Shown: positions 10,278 to 18,560 of the stretch, piece by piece
Layout: every line of letters begins with the position of its first letter
Numbering within the stretch: position 1 is the stretch's first letter
From: Gammaproteobacteria bacterium
Lineage (GTDB): Bacteria; Pseudomonadota; Gammaproteobacteria; Steroidobacterales; PWYM01
Assembly (NCBI GenBank): GCA_041745895.1
Contig: JBGTIC010000265.1
Location: 1 to 43,810, forward strand
DNA: 43,810 nt
Direction: 5' to 3'
Translations under genes and position numbers: made by a program
The notes under the pieces: model-generated
Databases searched by the model: none
What the model saw: the letters and a program-made list of their open reading frames with translations, nothing else
What the model was told of the DNA's origin: nothing

Positions 10278-11015
10278 ATGGGTTTCCGGATCGTTATCCC
10301 GGCCCGCTATGCCTCCGAGCGCCTGCCCGGGAAGCCGTTGCTCGATCTGGCCGGCCGCCCCATGATCGAGCATGTCTGGCGGCGCGCCTGCGACAGCGGT
10401 GCGCTCGAGGTCTGGATCGCAACCGACGACGAGCGCATAGAGAGTGCGGCGCGCAGCTTCGGGGCCAGCGTCATGCGCACGGATGCCGGTCATGCCTCGG
10501 GCACTGACCGCGTTGCGGAGGTGGCCAGCCGGCTCGGCTGGCCGGGTGACAGCGTGGTTGTCAATGTGCAGGGCGATGAGCCAATGATCCCCTCCGCCGT
10601 CATCGCGCAGGTAGCCGATCTCGCGCGCGCAGCCGACGATGTCGCGATCGCCACGCTGGCCACCGCACTGGTCGGCGGCGAGGAACTCGCCGACCCGAAC
10701 GTCGTTAAGGTGGTCACGGCCGCTGATGGGCGAGCCTTGTATTTCAGTCGGGCCGCCATCCCGTATCCGCGCGATCCTGGCGGTGCGAAGTTGGCGGCGG
10801 TTTATCGCAGGCATGTCGGCATCTATGCCTACCGCGTCGCCGGACTGCAACGGCTGGCTGCCACGCCGCCCTGCCAGCTTGAGCAGATCGAGAAACTCGA
10901 GCAGCTTCGCGCTCTGTGGATGGGTCTGCGTATCCAGGTGGCCGATGCCTGCGTCGTGCCGCCTGGCGGAATCGATACGCCGGAGGATCTTGCCCGGGTG
11001 CGGACACTGGTCTGA
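10278..11015 (+). CDS. kdsB: 3-deoxy-manno-octulosonate cytidylyltransferase
   Basis: IPARYAS.RLPGKPL, SGTDR, VNVQGDEP, ALYFSRA.IP, HVGIYAY, EKLEQLRAL, GIDTPEDL. Start at MGFRIVIP. Confidence 0.96.
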   Translation: MGFRIVIPARYASERLPGKPLLDLAGRPMIEHVWRRACDSGALEVWIATDDERIESAARSFGASVMRTDAGHASGTDRVAEVASRLGWPGDSVVVNVQGDEPMIPSAVIAQVADLARAADDVAIATLATALVGGEELADPNVVKVVTAADGRALYFSRAAIPYPRDPGGAKLAAVYRRHVGIYAYRVAGLQRLAATPPCQLEQIEKLEQLRALWMGLRIQVADACVVPPGGIDTPEDLARVRTLV

Positions 11016-11045
11016 ACCCAACGCCCGGCGTCCGGACCTTGAGTC

Positions 11046-11072
11046 TCAAGTTCGTCGCCTGAGGGTCGATAC
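11046..11072 (+). promoter_or_regulatory. sigma28 (FliA) promoter for motAB-HDOD
   Basis: TCAAG-N14-GTCGATAC. Confidence 0.75.
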
Positions 11073-11200
11073 AGCGCAAGGTGGGGAGCTGCCCGGTTGC
11101 GCCGATTCGCCGTTATCCAGCAGCTCTGCCCCGCAAGTTGAATCGACAGGTGCCGCCTTGCGGTGCTCGGTACCCATGTTGCGCGGGAAGCTCGGCAAGT

Positions 11201-12070
11201 ATGAATTTGATCATCGGCAGTATTGTTGTCATCGTGTGCGTACTCGGTGGGTTCATGGCCCATGGCGGACAGCTACTGGCGATCTGGCAGCCGTACGAGC
11301 TGGTGATCATCGGCGGGGCGGCAATCGGCGCCTTCGTGATCGCCAATCCCAAGGCCACCGTGTTCAAGGTTGGCAAAGCCATTCCTGCGATGATGAAAGG
11401 CTCTCGTTATCAGCGTGCGGACTATGTCGAACTGCTGCGTTTCATGTTTGCGTTGTTCAGCAAAGCGCGCAAGGACGGCATGCTGGCCATCGAGTCGGAT
11501 ATAGACGATCCCGACAGCAGCGAGCTCTTCCAGGCCTATCCCGGCCTGCTCAAGGACCATCATGCGGTGACCTTCATCCGTGATTACATGCGCCTGATCA
11601 TCAGCGGCGATATGGATGCCTTCCAGCTCGAAAATCTCATGGATATAGAGCTCGACAGCCATCATCATGAAGCCGCCGAGCCTGGCCATGCCGTTAACCG
11701 CATCGCCGATGCGCTGCCAGGCTTTGGCATCGTCGCCGCCGTGCTGGGTATCGTAAATACCATGGGCGCGCTGGGTGGGCCTATCGAAGAGATCGGCAAG
11801 CTGGTGGCTGCGGCACTGGTCGGCAGCTTCCTGGGCATCCTCCTGGCCTACGGTTTCGTGGGTCCGCTGGCCACGGCACTCAGCCGCCAAGGCGAGGAGG
11901 AAACTCAGTACTACGCCACCATCAAGACCTGCATCCTGGCAAGCCTGCGCGGCTACGCGCCCAAGGTCGCGGTGGAGTTCGGGCGCAAAGCCATCCCCCC
12001 GGAGATCCGCCCGAATTTTGAAGAACTCGAGCAGGAACTCAAAGGCCTCCCGGCGGCGGCTGCGGCCTGA
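11201..12070 (+). CDS. motA: Flagellar stator protein MotA
   Basis: QPYELVIIGGAAIGAF, KARKDG.LA.E, DALPGFGIVAAVLG, FLGILLAYGFVGPLA, AVEFGRK. Start at MNLIIG (11201). Confidence 0.95.
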   Translation: MNLIIGSIVVIVCVLGGFMAHGGQLLAIWQPYELVIIGGAAIGAFVIANPKATVFKVGKAIPAMMKGSRYQRADYVELLRFMFALFSKARKDGMLAIESDIDDPDSSELFQAYPGLLKDHHAVTFIRDYMRLIISGDMDAFQLENLMDIELDSHHHEAAEPGHAVNRIADALPGFGIVAAVLGIVNTMGALGGPIEEIGKLVAAALVGSFLGILLAYGFVGPLATALSRQGEEETQYYATIKTCILASLRGYAPKVAVEFGRKAIPPEIRPNFEELEQELKGLPAAAAA

Positions 12071-12088
12071 CCACGGAGTCCTGTAAAC

Positions 12089-12931
12089 ATGAGCGCGCAA
12101 CCCATCGTCATCAAGCGGATCTATAAGATCGAAGGCCACCATGGCGGCTCGTGGAAGGTCGCTTTCGCCGATTTCGCGACAGCGATGATGGCGTTTTTCC
12201 TGCTGCTGTGGCTGATGGGTTCTACTGATGAGGCGCAGAAGGGGGCGATCTCGGAGTTCTTCAACAATCCCTCGGCGATCATCGGTACCAGCACGATACC
12301 CCCGGCAGCGGCCTCTCTGGGCGATGGCGGGCCGAGCAGCGCCGTCATCGATCTGGGCGGCAGCATGGAGCTGCCTCGCGAGGCCAGTGATCAGGCGGTG
12401 GCGGCCGAGGACAACCTCGAGGCGCTTGAAGCCTTGCGCGAGGAACTCGAACGCGCGCTGCTGGAAAAAGCTTCGATGAGCCAGTATGCCGAGCACCTGC
12501 TGATCGACATTACGCCGGAAGGATTGCGAATCCAGATCGTCGACCAGGAACGACGCTCGATGTTTGCGCTGGGCAGCGCCACGCTGGATGGCTTTGCCGA
12601 GTCGCTGATCGGCGAGTTGGCCATCACGCTGAACAAGGTACGAAATCGCATCAGCATCTCCGGGCATACCGATGCCCTGCCGTTGAGCCGGCCGGGCTAC
12701 AGTAACTGGGAGCTGTCCGTGGATCGGGCCAACGCGGCAAGGCGTGCGCTGGTCGGTGGCGGACTGGATGAAGGCAAACTCGGTCGTGTGGTCGGCCTGG
12801 GTTCGACAGTGCCTCTGCTGGAAGATCGTCCCGAGCACCCGATCAATCGACGAATCTCGATTCTGGTCCTCAATGATCAGGCCGAAGCGGCGATCCGCGC
12901 CGCCGGGCAGGGACTGGTCGCGCTCGAATAG
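12089..12931 (+). CDS. motB: Flagellar stator protein MotB
   Basis: HHGGSWKVAFADFATAMMAFFL TM with the essential Asp; OmpA-like domain GHTDA...NWELS.DRA...NRRI. Confidence 0.95.
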   Translation: MSAQPIVIKRIYKIEGHHGGSWKVAFADFATAMMAFFLLLWLMGSTDEAQKGAISEFFNNPSAIIGTSTIPPAAASLGDGGPSSAVIDLGGSMELPREASDQAVAAEDNLEALEALREELERALLEKASMSQYAEHLLIDITPEGLRIQIVDQERRSMFALGSATLDGFAESLIGELAITLNKVRNRISISGHTDALPLSRPGYSNWELSVDRANAARRALVGGGLDEGKLGRVVGLGSTVPLLEDRPEHPINRRISILVLNDQAEAAIRAAGQGLVALE

Positions 12932-12951
12932 GGCGCGCGCAGTCACAACCT

Positions 12952-13875
12952 ATGCACGCATCGAATCAGCAGACCGATGGGCGAGGCGCAACGGCAGCGC
13001 CTGCGCCGGGTTGCAGCGAACGTATTGCCCGGATGGCTGCTCGTCTGCCATGTGTCGACGTGTCGATTGCCGAACTCATCGGCACGCTGGCCAGCGAGTA
13101 CAGCAGTGCCGCCGATGTCAGCCGTACGCTCAGTCGCGACATCTCGCTGGCCGCTCGCGTACTAAAGGTTGTCAACAGTGCCTACTATGGCCAACCACGG
13201 ACCATCTCGTCGATCGAGCGCGCCGTGGTCGTGCTCGGCTTGCCGACGATTCGTGGTATTGCGCTCGCGGCCAGCTGCTATCGCATGCCGAGTCTGCCGA
13301 GCGTGAAGTCCGGCTTCACGGCCTCGAGTGTGCTGACACATTGCCTGGGCGTCGCCATCGCTGCACGCCTGCTGGCGAGTGGGCATCCAAGGCTTGCGCC
13401 TGAGGATGCATTCATGGCGGGGCTTTTGCACGATTTCGGCTTGTTGCTGGAGCTCTATGGAGAATTCGAGATGCTGTGTGGGCTTGTCGCCGAAGTCAGC
13501 GCCGGACGGGGGGGTGTGGGTCCGCGAGGCTGGATGCAGCTCGAGCGCGAGACCTTCGGTGCAGACCATGGAGTCATCGCCGCCGAGGTCCTTGCCGGAT
13601 GGCGCCTGCCTGACGACATTGTGAAGGCTATCCGGCACCATCATGAGCCCATGCAACAGCCTTCCAGTGGCCGGGCCCTGGCGAGTGTAGTGGCACTGGC
13701 CGACTCCCTGGTGTGCGATCTTGGAGCTGGTCTGCAGTTCAACTCCGAACCCAGCGTGCCGGACGTCGAGCTGCTTAGCAGCCTGAACTACCAATGGGAC
13801 CGGCGTGAGGCGCTGCAGCAGCAGGTCGCCGCTGAGCTGGGAAGGCTGCAGGGCGAATCCGCTGGTGGTCATTGA
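12952..13875 (+). CDS. HDOD domain-containing protein (copy 1)
   Basis: D..LAARVLKVVNSAYYG, ISSIERAVVVLG, AGLLHDFG, E...FGADH, W.LP, IRHHHEP. Start uncertain. Confidence 0.88.
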   Translation: MHASNQQTDGRGATAAPAPGCSERIARMAARLPCVDVSIAELIGTLASEYSSAADVSRTLSRDISLAARVLKVVNSAYYGQPRTISSIERAVVVLGLPTIRGIALAASCYRMPSLPSVKSGFTASSVLTHCLGVAIAARLLASGHPRLAPEDAFMAGLLHDFGLLLELYGEFEMLCGLVAEVSAGRGGVGPRGWMQLERETFGADHGVIAAEVLAGWRLPDDIVKAIRHHHEPMQQPSSGRALASVVALADSLVCDLGAGLQFNSEPSVPDVELLSSLNYQWDRREALQQQVAAELGRLQGESAGGH

Positions 13876-13900
13876 CCGATGAATCTTTGGAGGCGGGGGC

Positions 13901-14797
13901 ATGACTAGCGAGGGTTCCGGCAGCCAGCCGGCAGCGGCGGCGGCTCGGCGTACACCGCGACCGGGTCTGGCCGGGGCATTCGACAGCACTGGCAACTTCC
14001 GAGCCAGGCGACTGCCCACCATCGGGGATTTTGCAGCCCAGCTGATCGCAGAGATGCGCGACCCGGATATCTCCGATCTGCGCGTACTACAGCTGCTCAA
14101 ACAGGACGTCGCGCTATCCGGCAATGTACTGGCCGTGGCAAATTCACCCTTCTACGGTCTCTCCCGCCAGGTGGAGTCCTTACACCAGGCGTTGCGCGTG
14201 CTGGGTTTCGAAGCGCTGCGCAACCTCGTTTACGCGGCCACCCTCAGGCGACTTTTCAAGCAGGGACGGTTATGTGAGCGCTTTGATGCTCGTTGCCTGT
14301 GGCTGCACGCCAGGACCACGGCGGCCGTGGCGCGCCGTCTGGCGCTCCACGTGCCTGGAGTCGACCCCCAGAAAGCCTTTCTCGGCGGGCTGCTGCATGA
14401 CGTAGGTCATATTGTCATGATCCAGCTCGATCGCCAGGGCTTCTGCGATGTCGTGACCGCACCTTCCCATGTGCCGAACGGCTTTCTGGCGAGCGAACGC
14501 GAGCTTCTTGGCATGGACCACACAGAAGTGGGCTCGGCTGCCTTGCGGACGTGGAAGTTCCCGGACTGGACCGTGGCGCTGGTGGCAGAACATCACGAGC
14601 CGCAGTCCAGCGGCGCTGCGCCGAATGTCCTGGCTCGAGTGATCGCCTTGGCCGATCAGCTATCGGGCCGGCTGCCAGGGAGCTTTTCCAGCGATCTTGC
14701 TCCGGCTGCCTCGCCGGATATGCAGTCGCTTGGGCTGGATGCCCGCCTAGGTGATGAGATCCTGGCGTTGGCCGTGCAGGAGTGCGCGGTTGATTGA
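13901..14797 (+). CDS. HDOD domain-containing protein (copy 2)
   Basis: DVALSGNVLAVANSPFYG, GGLLHDVG, ERELLGMDH, WKFP, EHHEP; GGAGG SD upstream. Confidence 0.88.
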   Translation: MTSEGSGSQPAAAAARRTPRPGLAGAFDSTGNFRARRLPTIGDFAAQLIAEMRDPDISDLRVLQLLKQDVALSGNVLAVANSPFYGLSRQVESLHQALRVLGFEALRNLVYAATLRRLFKQGRLCERFDARCLWLHARTTAAVARRLALHVPGVDPQKAFLGGLLHDVGHIVMIQLDRQGFCDVVTAPSHVPNGFLASERELLGMDHTEVGSAALRTWKFPDWTVALVAEHHEPQSSGAAPNVLARVIALADQLSGRLPGSFSSDLAPAASPDMQSLGLDARLGDEILALAVQECAVD

Positions 14798-14888
14798 TCG
14801 GCGGTAGGGAGGCATTGCTTCCCGAGCTCTCGGGCTGACCGAGGCCACGCCTGCCGCGCGCAACCTACAGCGTGTATTGCAGGGCTGA

Positions 14889-15587
14889 TCAGGCGCTGGC
14901 GGTGAATTCGAGGCGGGCGGTAAAGGCGCTCAGATAGCTCATCAATTCGTTGAGATCGGCATCAGTATGGACCCGCAGCAGCGCGTAGCCTGGTTGCGAC
15001 TCGAACCCCACGACACGCCCGCTGATGCGCTGATCCACCGTGTTGGCACCGTGCTCTCCAGGCAGGGCCAGCTCGATCTGGATCTCACTTTCCAGTGTCA
15101 CCTGTTCCTCATCCGGGGGCAGGTTTTCCACCGGGACCCGCAGCTGGCACCCGTGGACGCTGACATCACGCAACAGCGCACGAGTGAACGTGTGTTCGCC
15201 GATGCGACCGTGGCAGGGCAGGTAACAGCTCAGCCTGGGGTGCTGACGCAGAGCGTGGGTGTGGACATGGTGCGGATAGGCCGTGACGGTCAACATCACA
15301 GGGGAGCGGATGCGCCCGAGCACCGGCGTACGGAAGCCCACGACGGTGCCATCCTCGACATACCTGATGGTCAGCACATCCTGCTCGGAGAACGGCACGG
15401 TAAGGCCAGGGGGAATTTTTCCCTCCGGTGTTTCGAGCATGACATAGCTGCCCTTGCGGTAGCCGATCAAGGTCGACCAGAAGCGCCCGGACAGATGTGC
15501 GCTCTCGACACTCAGGCGCGTGCCGATCTGCGGCAGGTTGATGCTCAGATGACTTGCTGTCGAGCTGTGGGCAGGAGGATTGGACAT
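14889..15587 (-). CDS. Flagellar brake-type PilZ protein (YcgR/FlgZ-like)
   Basis: N-terminal YcgR-like beta domain, then the intact c-di-GMP motifs RQHPR (RxxxR) and DVSVHG (DxSxxG). Confidence 0.82.
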   Translation of the reverse strand: MSNPPAHSSTASHLSINLPQIGTRLSVESAHLSGRFWSTLIGYRKGSYVMLETPEGKIPPGLTVPFSEQDVLTIRYVEDGTVVGFRTPVLGRIRSPVMLTVTAYPHHVHTHALRQHPRLSCYLPCHGRIGEHTFTRALLRDVSVHGCQLRVPVENLPPDEEQVTLESEIQIELALPGEHGANTVDQRISGRVVGFESQPGYALLRVHTDADLNELMSYLSAFTARLEFTASA

Positions 15588-15601
15588 ATGCCACCGTGCG
15601 A

Positions 15602-16759
15602 TCAGAAAAGCTCAACACTGCCTTGCGTCATCGAGCTCTGCGTCACCGGTCTCATACGCATACGCGTGCGTCGACGCTCGCGTAGCATGCTGAGTCTGCC
15701 GGCCAACACCGGTATACAGCTCAACGGGTCGGATGCTCCCCGAACGGCAGCCTGAACTTCGGCGCGCAGGTCGGTGAGTCGTGAGATCGCTTCCGCGGCA
15801 GTGGTCAGGGCCTCGGAGGAGATATCCTGGAACTGCAGTGAGCGCACGGCATCGGCAACGGTGCTTCGCAGGTTCTCGTTGATCGGGTCCAGCTCCGCCA
15901 TCAGCTTCTGACGGATCTCACTCCTCGCGCTCTCGGCGCGCTTCAGGGTGCGGCTGATACGATCCTTCTCGACAGTGGTCTTGTGAAGATCAAACGTCGC
16001 AAGCGTGCGCGCATTGTTCTGCACCCGGGCCACGGCTTCGCGCGTCTCCTCGACCCTCTCGCGGATCTGTTCGTTGAATTCGGCCGAGCGCTGCGAAAGC
16101 TTGCGCACCTCGTCGGCCACCACAGCAAACCCCCGTCCCGCCTCGCCAGCTCGGGCGGCCTCAATGCTCGCATTCAGCGCCAGCAGGTTCGTCTGCTCGG
16201 CGAGGCCGCGTGCCTCCTCAAGTACACGAAAAATACCGTGCAGGTGCGTGAGCATGTTTTCGGTGTCCGCAGCCATGGCAACGCTCTGCCCGCTGACACT
16301 CACCAGTGCCTCCATGAAACCGTGCAACGCATCAACGGAAGCCGAGCGCCCGACGCTGTCTTCGACCTGGCTGTCTGTACCAGCGCCAAGGCTTTGCTCG
16401 AGCAGTTCTCTCTGCGAGCGGGCGATGGCGTGCAGGCGGCTGAAGCTGGCCGAAAGTTCACCAACGGCCTCGGCAATGAGGTTTTTGACGCGGTTGACCT
16501 CAAGCTCTATGCCCTCGACGTCCTGGTCGAGTTCGGTATCCAGTCCGCGGACGAGTTCGAACACCTGATCGCGGGAGATTCTCGACTCCGCCTGCCGAAC
16601 CAGAGCGCGCCAGAGGGCTGCCGTTGTTGCCAGCAGTGCAAGCGTGGCGATTGCAGCTTCCAGCCAGCTGCCAAAGATGGCCGTGATGGCCAACAGGCTG
16701 ACCACGGCTGTGACGGCGACCAGACCAGCGGTCAGCAGCACAGGATCTTGGTTCTTCAT
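15602..16759 (-). CDS. Methyl-accepting chemotaxis protein without a periplasmic sensor domain (McpA/CttP-like)
   Basis: Signalling hairpin [37 protein letters not shown], two closely spaced N-terminal TMs, C-terminus [10 protein letters not shown]. Start moved to MKNQD (16759), downstream of the sigma28 promoter. Confidence 0.88.
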   Translation of the reverse strand: MKNQDPVLLTAGLVAVTAVVSLLAITAIFGSWLEAAIATLALLATTAALWRALVRQAESRISRDQVFELVRGLDTELDQDVEGIELEVNRVKNLIAEAVGELSASFSRLHAIARSQRELLEQSLGAGTDSQVEDSVGRSASVDALHGFMEALVSVSGQSVAMAADTENMLTHLHGIFRVLEEARGLAEQTNLLALNASIEAARAGEAGRGFAVVADEVRKLSQRSAEFNEQIRERVEETREAVARVQNNARTLATFDLHKTTVEKDRISRTLKRAESARSEIRQKLMAELDPINENLRSTVADAVRSLQFQDISSEALTTAAEAISRLTDLRAEVQAAVRGASDPLSCIPVLAGRLSMLRERRRTRMRMRPVTQSSMTQGSVELF

Positions 16760-16793
16760 TGGGCGCGCACCTGGTTGGGTGGTGATGTGGGGG

Positions 16794-16821
16794 ATATCGG
16801 CACGGGGTACTGCGAACTTGA
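16794..16821 (-). promoter_or_regulatory. sigma28 promoter for the mcp and PilZ-brake genes
   Basis: Minus strand TCAAG-N15-GCCGATAT; spacer is 1 nt longer than in the others. Confidence 0.65.
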
Positions 16822-16953
16822 GCTCGCTCGAACTAACATTGAGCAGCACAATGCCTTGACCAGGGGGACGTCGTCAGCACAGCCAGACAGGACGGTCTTC
16901 ACAGGCGGCTTTGCAAGCGCCTGATGGCGCGGATTCCGGACTGCAGAATTCCG

Positions 16954-17394
16954 TCAGGCGCTTGCCAGGCTGCGGCCGCCGTGGGCGATGCCGGTCGGTG
17001 CGCTGCGGTGCGGCGCGTACGCCACGGTGCCGGAATCATGTCCGAGCATGCTCAGTACCTGGGCGGTGTGACGCATCGCGCTGTTGATCGCAGCGCCAGT
17101 CGACTGATTCAGTGCATGACAGCGATGCAGGCTTTCGAGCAGTTCCGGTTCACGCTGACCCTCGAACGGTATGCTGCCAGGATCCATGCATCCCTGAAGC
17201 TCGCGCAGCAGCCCCCGTTTGGTCATGGTGTGTGTGGAAAGCGCCTCCATGTCTCCAGCCACCAAGGCCTGCGCCTCGTGCCCAAGCACATTCTCCAGAG
17301 CGGCCAGGAGTGTGAGCAACTGCTGCAGGCCGCCGTTACCGCCGCTAGGGGAGGGCTTTGGTCGCTGCAACTGCTCTCGATCGAAGGCGTCCAT
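16954..17394 (-). CDS. flgN: Flagellar export chaperone FlgN
   Basis: Abuts flgM; helical E..AL...D.EAL...T..K pattern, C...NQ..G and C-terminal Tyr motif. Confidence 0.78.
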   Translation of the reverse strand: MDAFDREQLQRPKPSPSGGNGGLQQLLTLLAALENVLGHEAQALVAGDMEALSTHTMTKRGLLRELQGCMDPGSIPFEGQREPELLESLHRCHALNQSTGAAINSAMRHTAQVLSMLGHDSGTVAYAPHRSAPTGIAHGGRSLASA

Positions 17395-17688
17395 TTAAAG
17401 TGCCTTTTCCATGGCGAACAGGCGTTCGGCAACACGCTGACCGTCTATCCGGTAGCTGCCGTCGGCCATCTGCGCCTTGATCTGCGCGACCCGCCCGGCG
17501 TCGACCTCGCTACCGACGTTTGCACGGCTCGCATCGAGCAACTGGCGGGCCGCCGGGGTCAGCGTCAGCTGGTCGGCACTGTTGCCGCCCGAGGCGGCCT
17601 GCCCAGCTGACTGGGTGCGCGCAGGAGCCGAACTGCCGGTGCGCTGGCCGGCCGCTGAATCGCTGAGTGTCGAGTGCTTGATCTGCAT
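17395..17688 (-). CDS. flgM: Anti-sigma28 factor FlgM
   Basis: D.LTLT..A, VDAGRVAQIKAQMADGSYRIDGQRVAERL. Confidence 0.92.
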   Translation of the reverse strand: MQIKHSTLSDSAAGQRTGSSAPARTQSAGQAASGGNSADQLTLTPAARQLLDASRANVGSEVDAGRVAQIKAQMADGSYRIDGQRVAERLFAMEKAL

Positions 17689-17748
17689 CGCCGTTTCTCT
17701 TGTTTGTTTGCTGGCCCGATCGACCGTGATTCCGGGATAGTGGAGGGA

Positions 17749-17775
17749 CTATCGACCATGCTGGTCGAAACTTGA
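17749..17775 (-). promoter_or_regulatory. sigma28 promoter for flgMN
   Basis: Minus strand TCAAG-N14-GTCGATAG. Confidence 0.75.
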
Positions 17776-17784
17776 GCCCTGAAC

Positions 17785-17798
17785 GTCAAAAAATTGTC
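17785..17798. promoter_or_regulatory. FleQ-type binding box
   Basis: GTCAAAAAATTGTC, one mismatch from GTCA-N6-TGAC, with an A/T-rich core. Confidence 0.5.
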
Positions 17799-17819
17799 TA
17801 CTTCGGAACTGGCCCGCGC

Positions 17820-18560
17820 TCATCGGGCGGTCATGACCTGTCCGTCGGCGCCCATGCGCCCTTCGATGATGCTGCGGGAATTGACGTTGCGCACCCGCAC
17901 CCGCTCGCCCTCTGCAGCGTCGTTGAGTGCCTCACCTTCAGTGGCCACGGCGAAACTGCCGCCGGTCGAGACAACGCGCACGCGTTCGCCGCGGCGCACC
18001 AGCTTGGGTCGCTCCAGTACGCTGCTGGTCAGTACGGTGCCAGGGCGTACCGGTCGGCGCAACACCATGCCGACGGCCTCGTCCGGGTCTGACAGCCAGC
18101 TGCCATTGAGCTGGGCCAGATCATGGCTTTCCAGGCGCACGTGGGTGGATGTCAGCGACGTGCCGCGCGCGGCAGCGGCCGCCAGTACGACGACGTCGGC
18201 CAGCATCTCGACACGAACGGGAATATAAAGGGTCCAACCCGCGCCCGTGGCGCAGCGAATACCGACGCTCAGGTTCGCCCCCGGACGTTGGCCAGGCGGA
18301 TCGAAGGTCTCGGCGGGTTGTGTGCAGGCTGGCAGTCGCAGGCGCGGGTCAAGTCGGGCTGCCTCAGCACCAAGGCGTGCCCCATCCGGTGCCAGGCTCG
18401 AGACCTGCGCAAGCGCATGGCGCTCGGCCAGCGCTCGAAGCTCTGCGTGATCAACTAACTCGCTCGCCGCAGCCGGTGCAGCGAGCGCTGCGACCAGCAG
18501 CATCAGCACAGCGTGGTGCGAGCGAAGTGTGCGTGATCCCAACGATGATCTCCTGGTCAT
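17820..18560 (-). CDS. flgA: Flagellar basal body P-ring formation chaperone FlgA
   Basis: Signal peptide, LDPRLRLPAC, C...GWTLY.PV, SAF domain, LVRRGERV, GERVRVRN..S. Confidence 0.93.
   Translation of the reverse strand: MTRRSSLGSRTLRSHHAVLMLLVAALAAPAAASELVDHAELRALAERHALAQVSSLAPDGARLGAEAARLDPRLRLPACTQPAETFDPPGQRPGANLSVGIRCATGAGWTLYIPVRVEMLADVVVLAAAAARGTSLTSTHVRLESHDLAQLNGSWLSDPDEAVGMVLRRPVRPGTVLTSSVLERPKLVRRGERVRVVSTGGSFAVATEGEALNDAAEGERVRVRNVNSRSIIEGRMGADGQVMTAR

Noticed and set aside
11038-11050. CTTGAG-T-CTCAAG palindrome as a divergent sigma28 promoter
   Set aside because: No GCCGAT-like -10 at the right spacing on the minus strand.
11073-11200. c-di-GMP riboswitch in the motA leader (fliC, fleQ and flgB leaders also inspected)
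   Set aside because: No recognisable GEMM-type consensus by eye; an Rfam scan would be needed to exclude it fully.
12152-12216. MotB Leu at Asp+11 suggesting a Na+-driven stator
   Set aside because: That residue rule is unreliable outside Bacillus and Vibrio, and MotA has the H+-type GIVAAVLG rather than PomA-type Thr residues.
14798-14888. Several GC-rich stems between HDOD2 and the PilZ gene as an ncRNA
   Set aside because: Short stems between convergent stops with no promoter; best explained as termination or chance.
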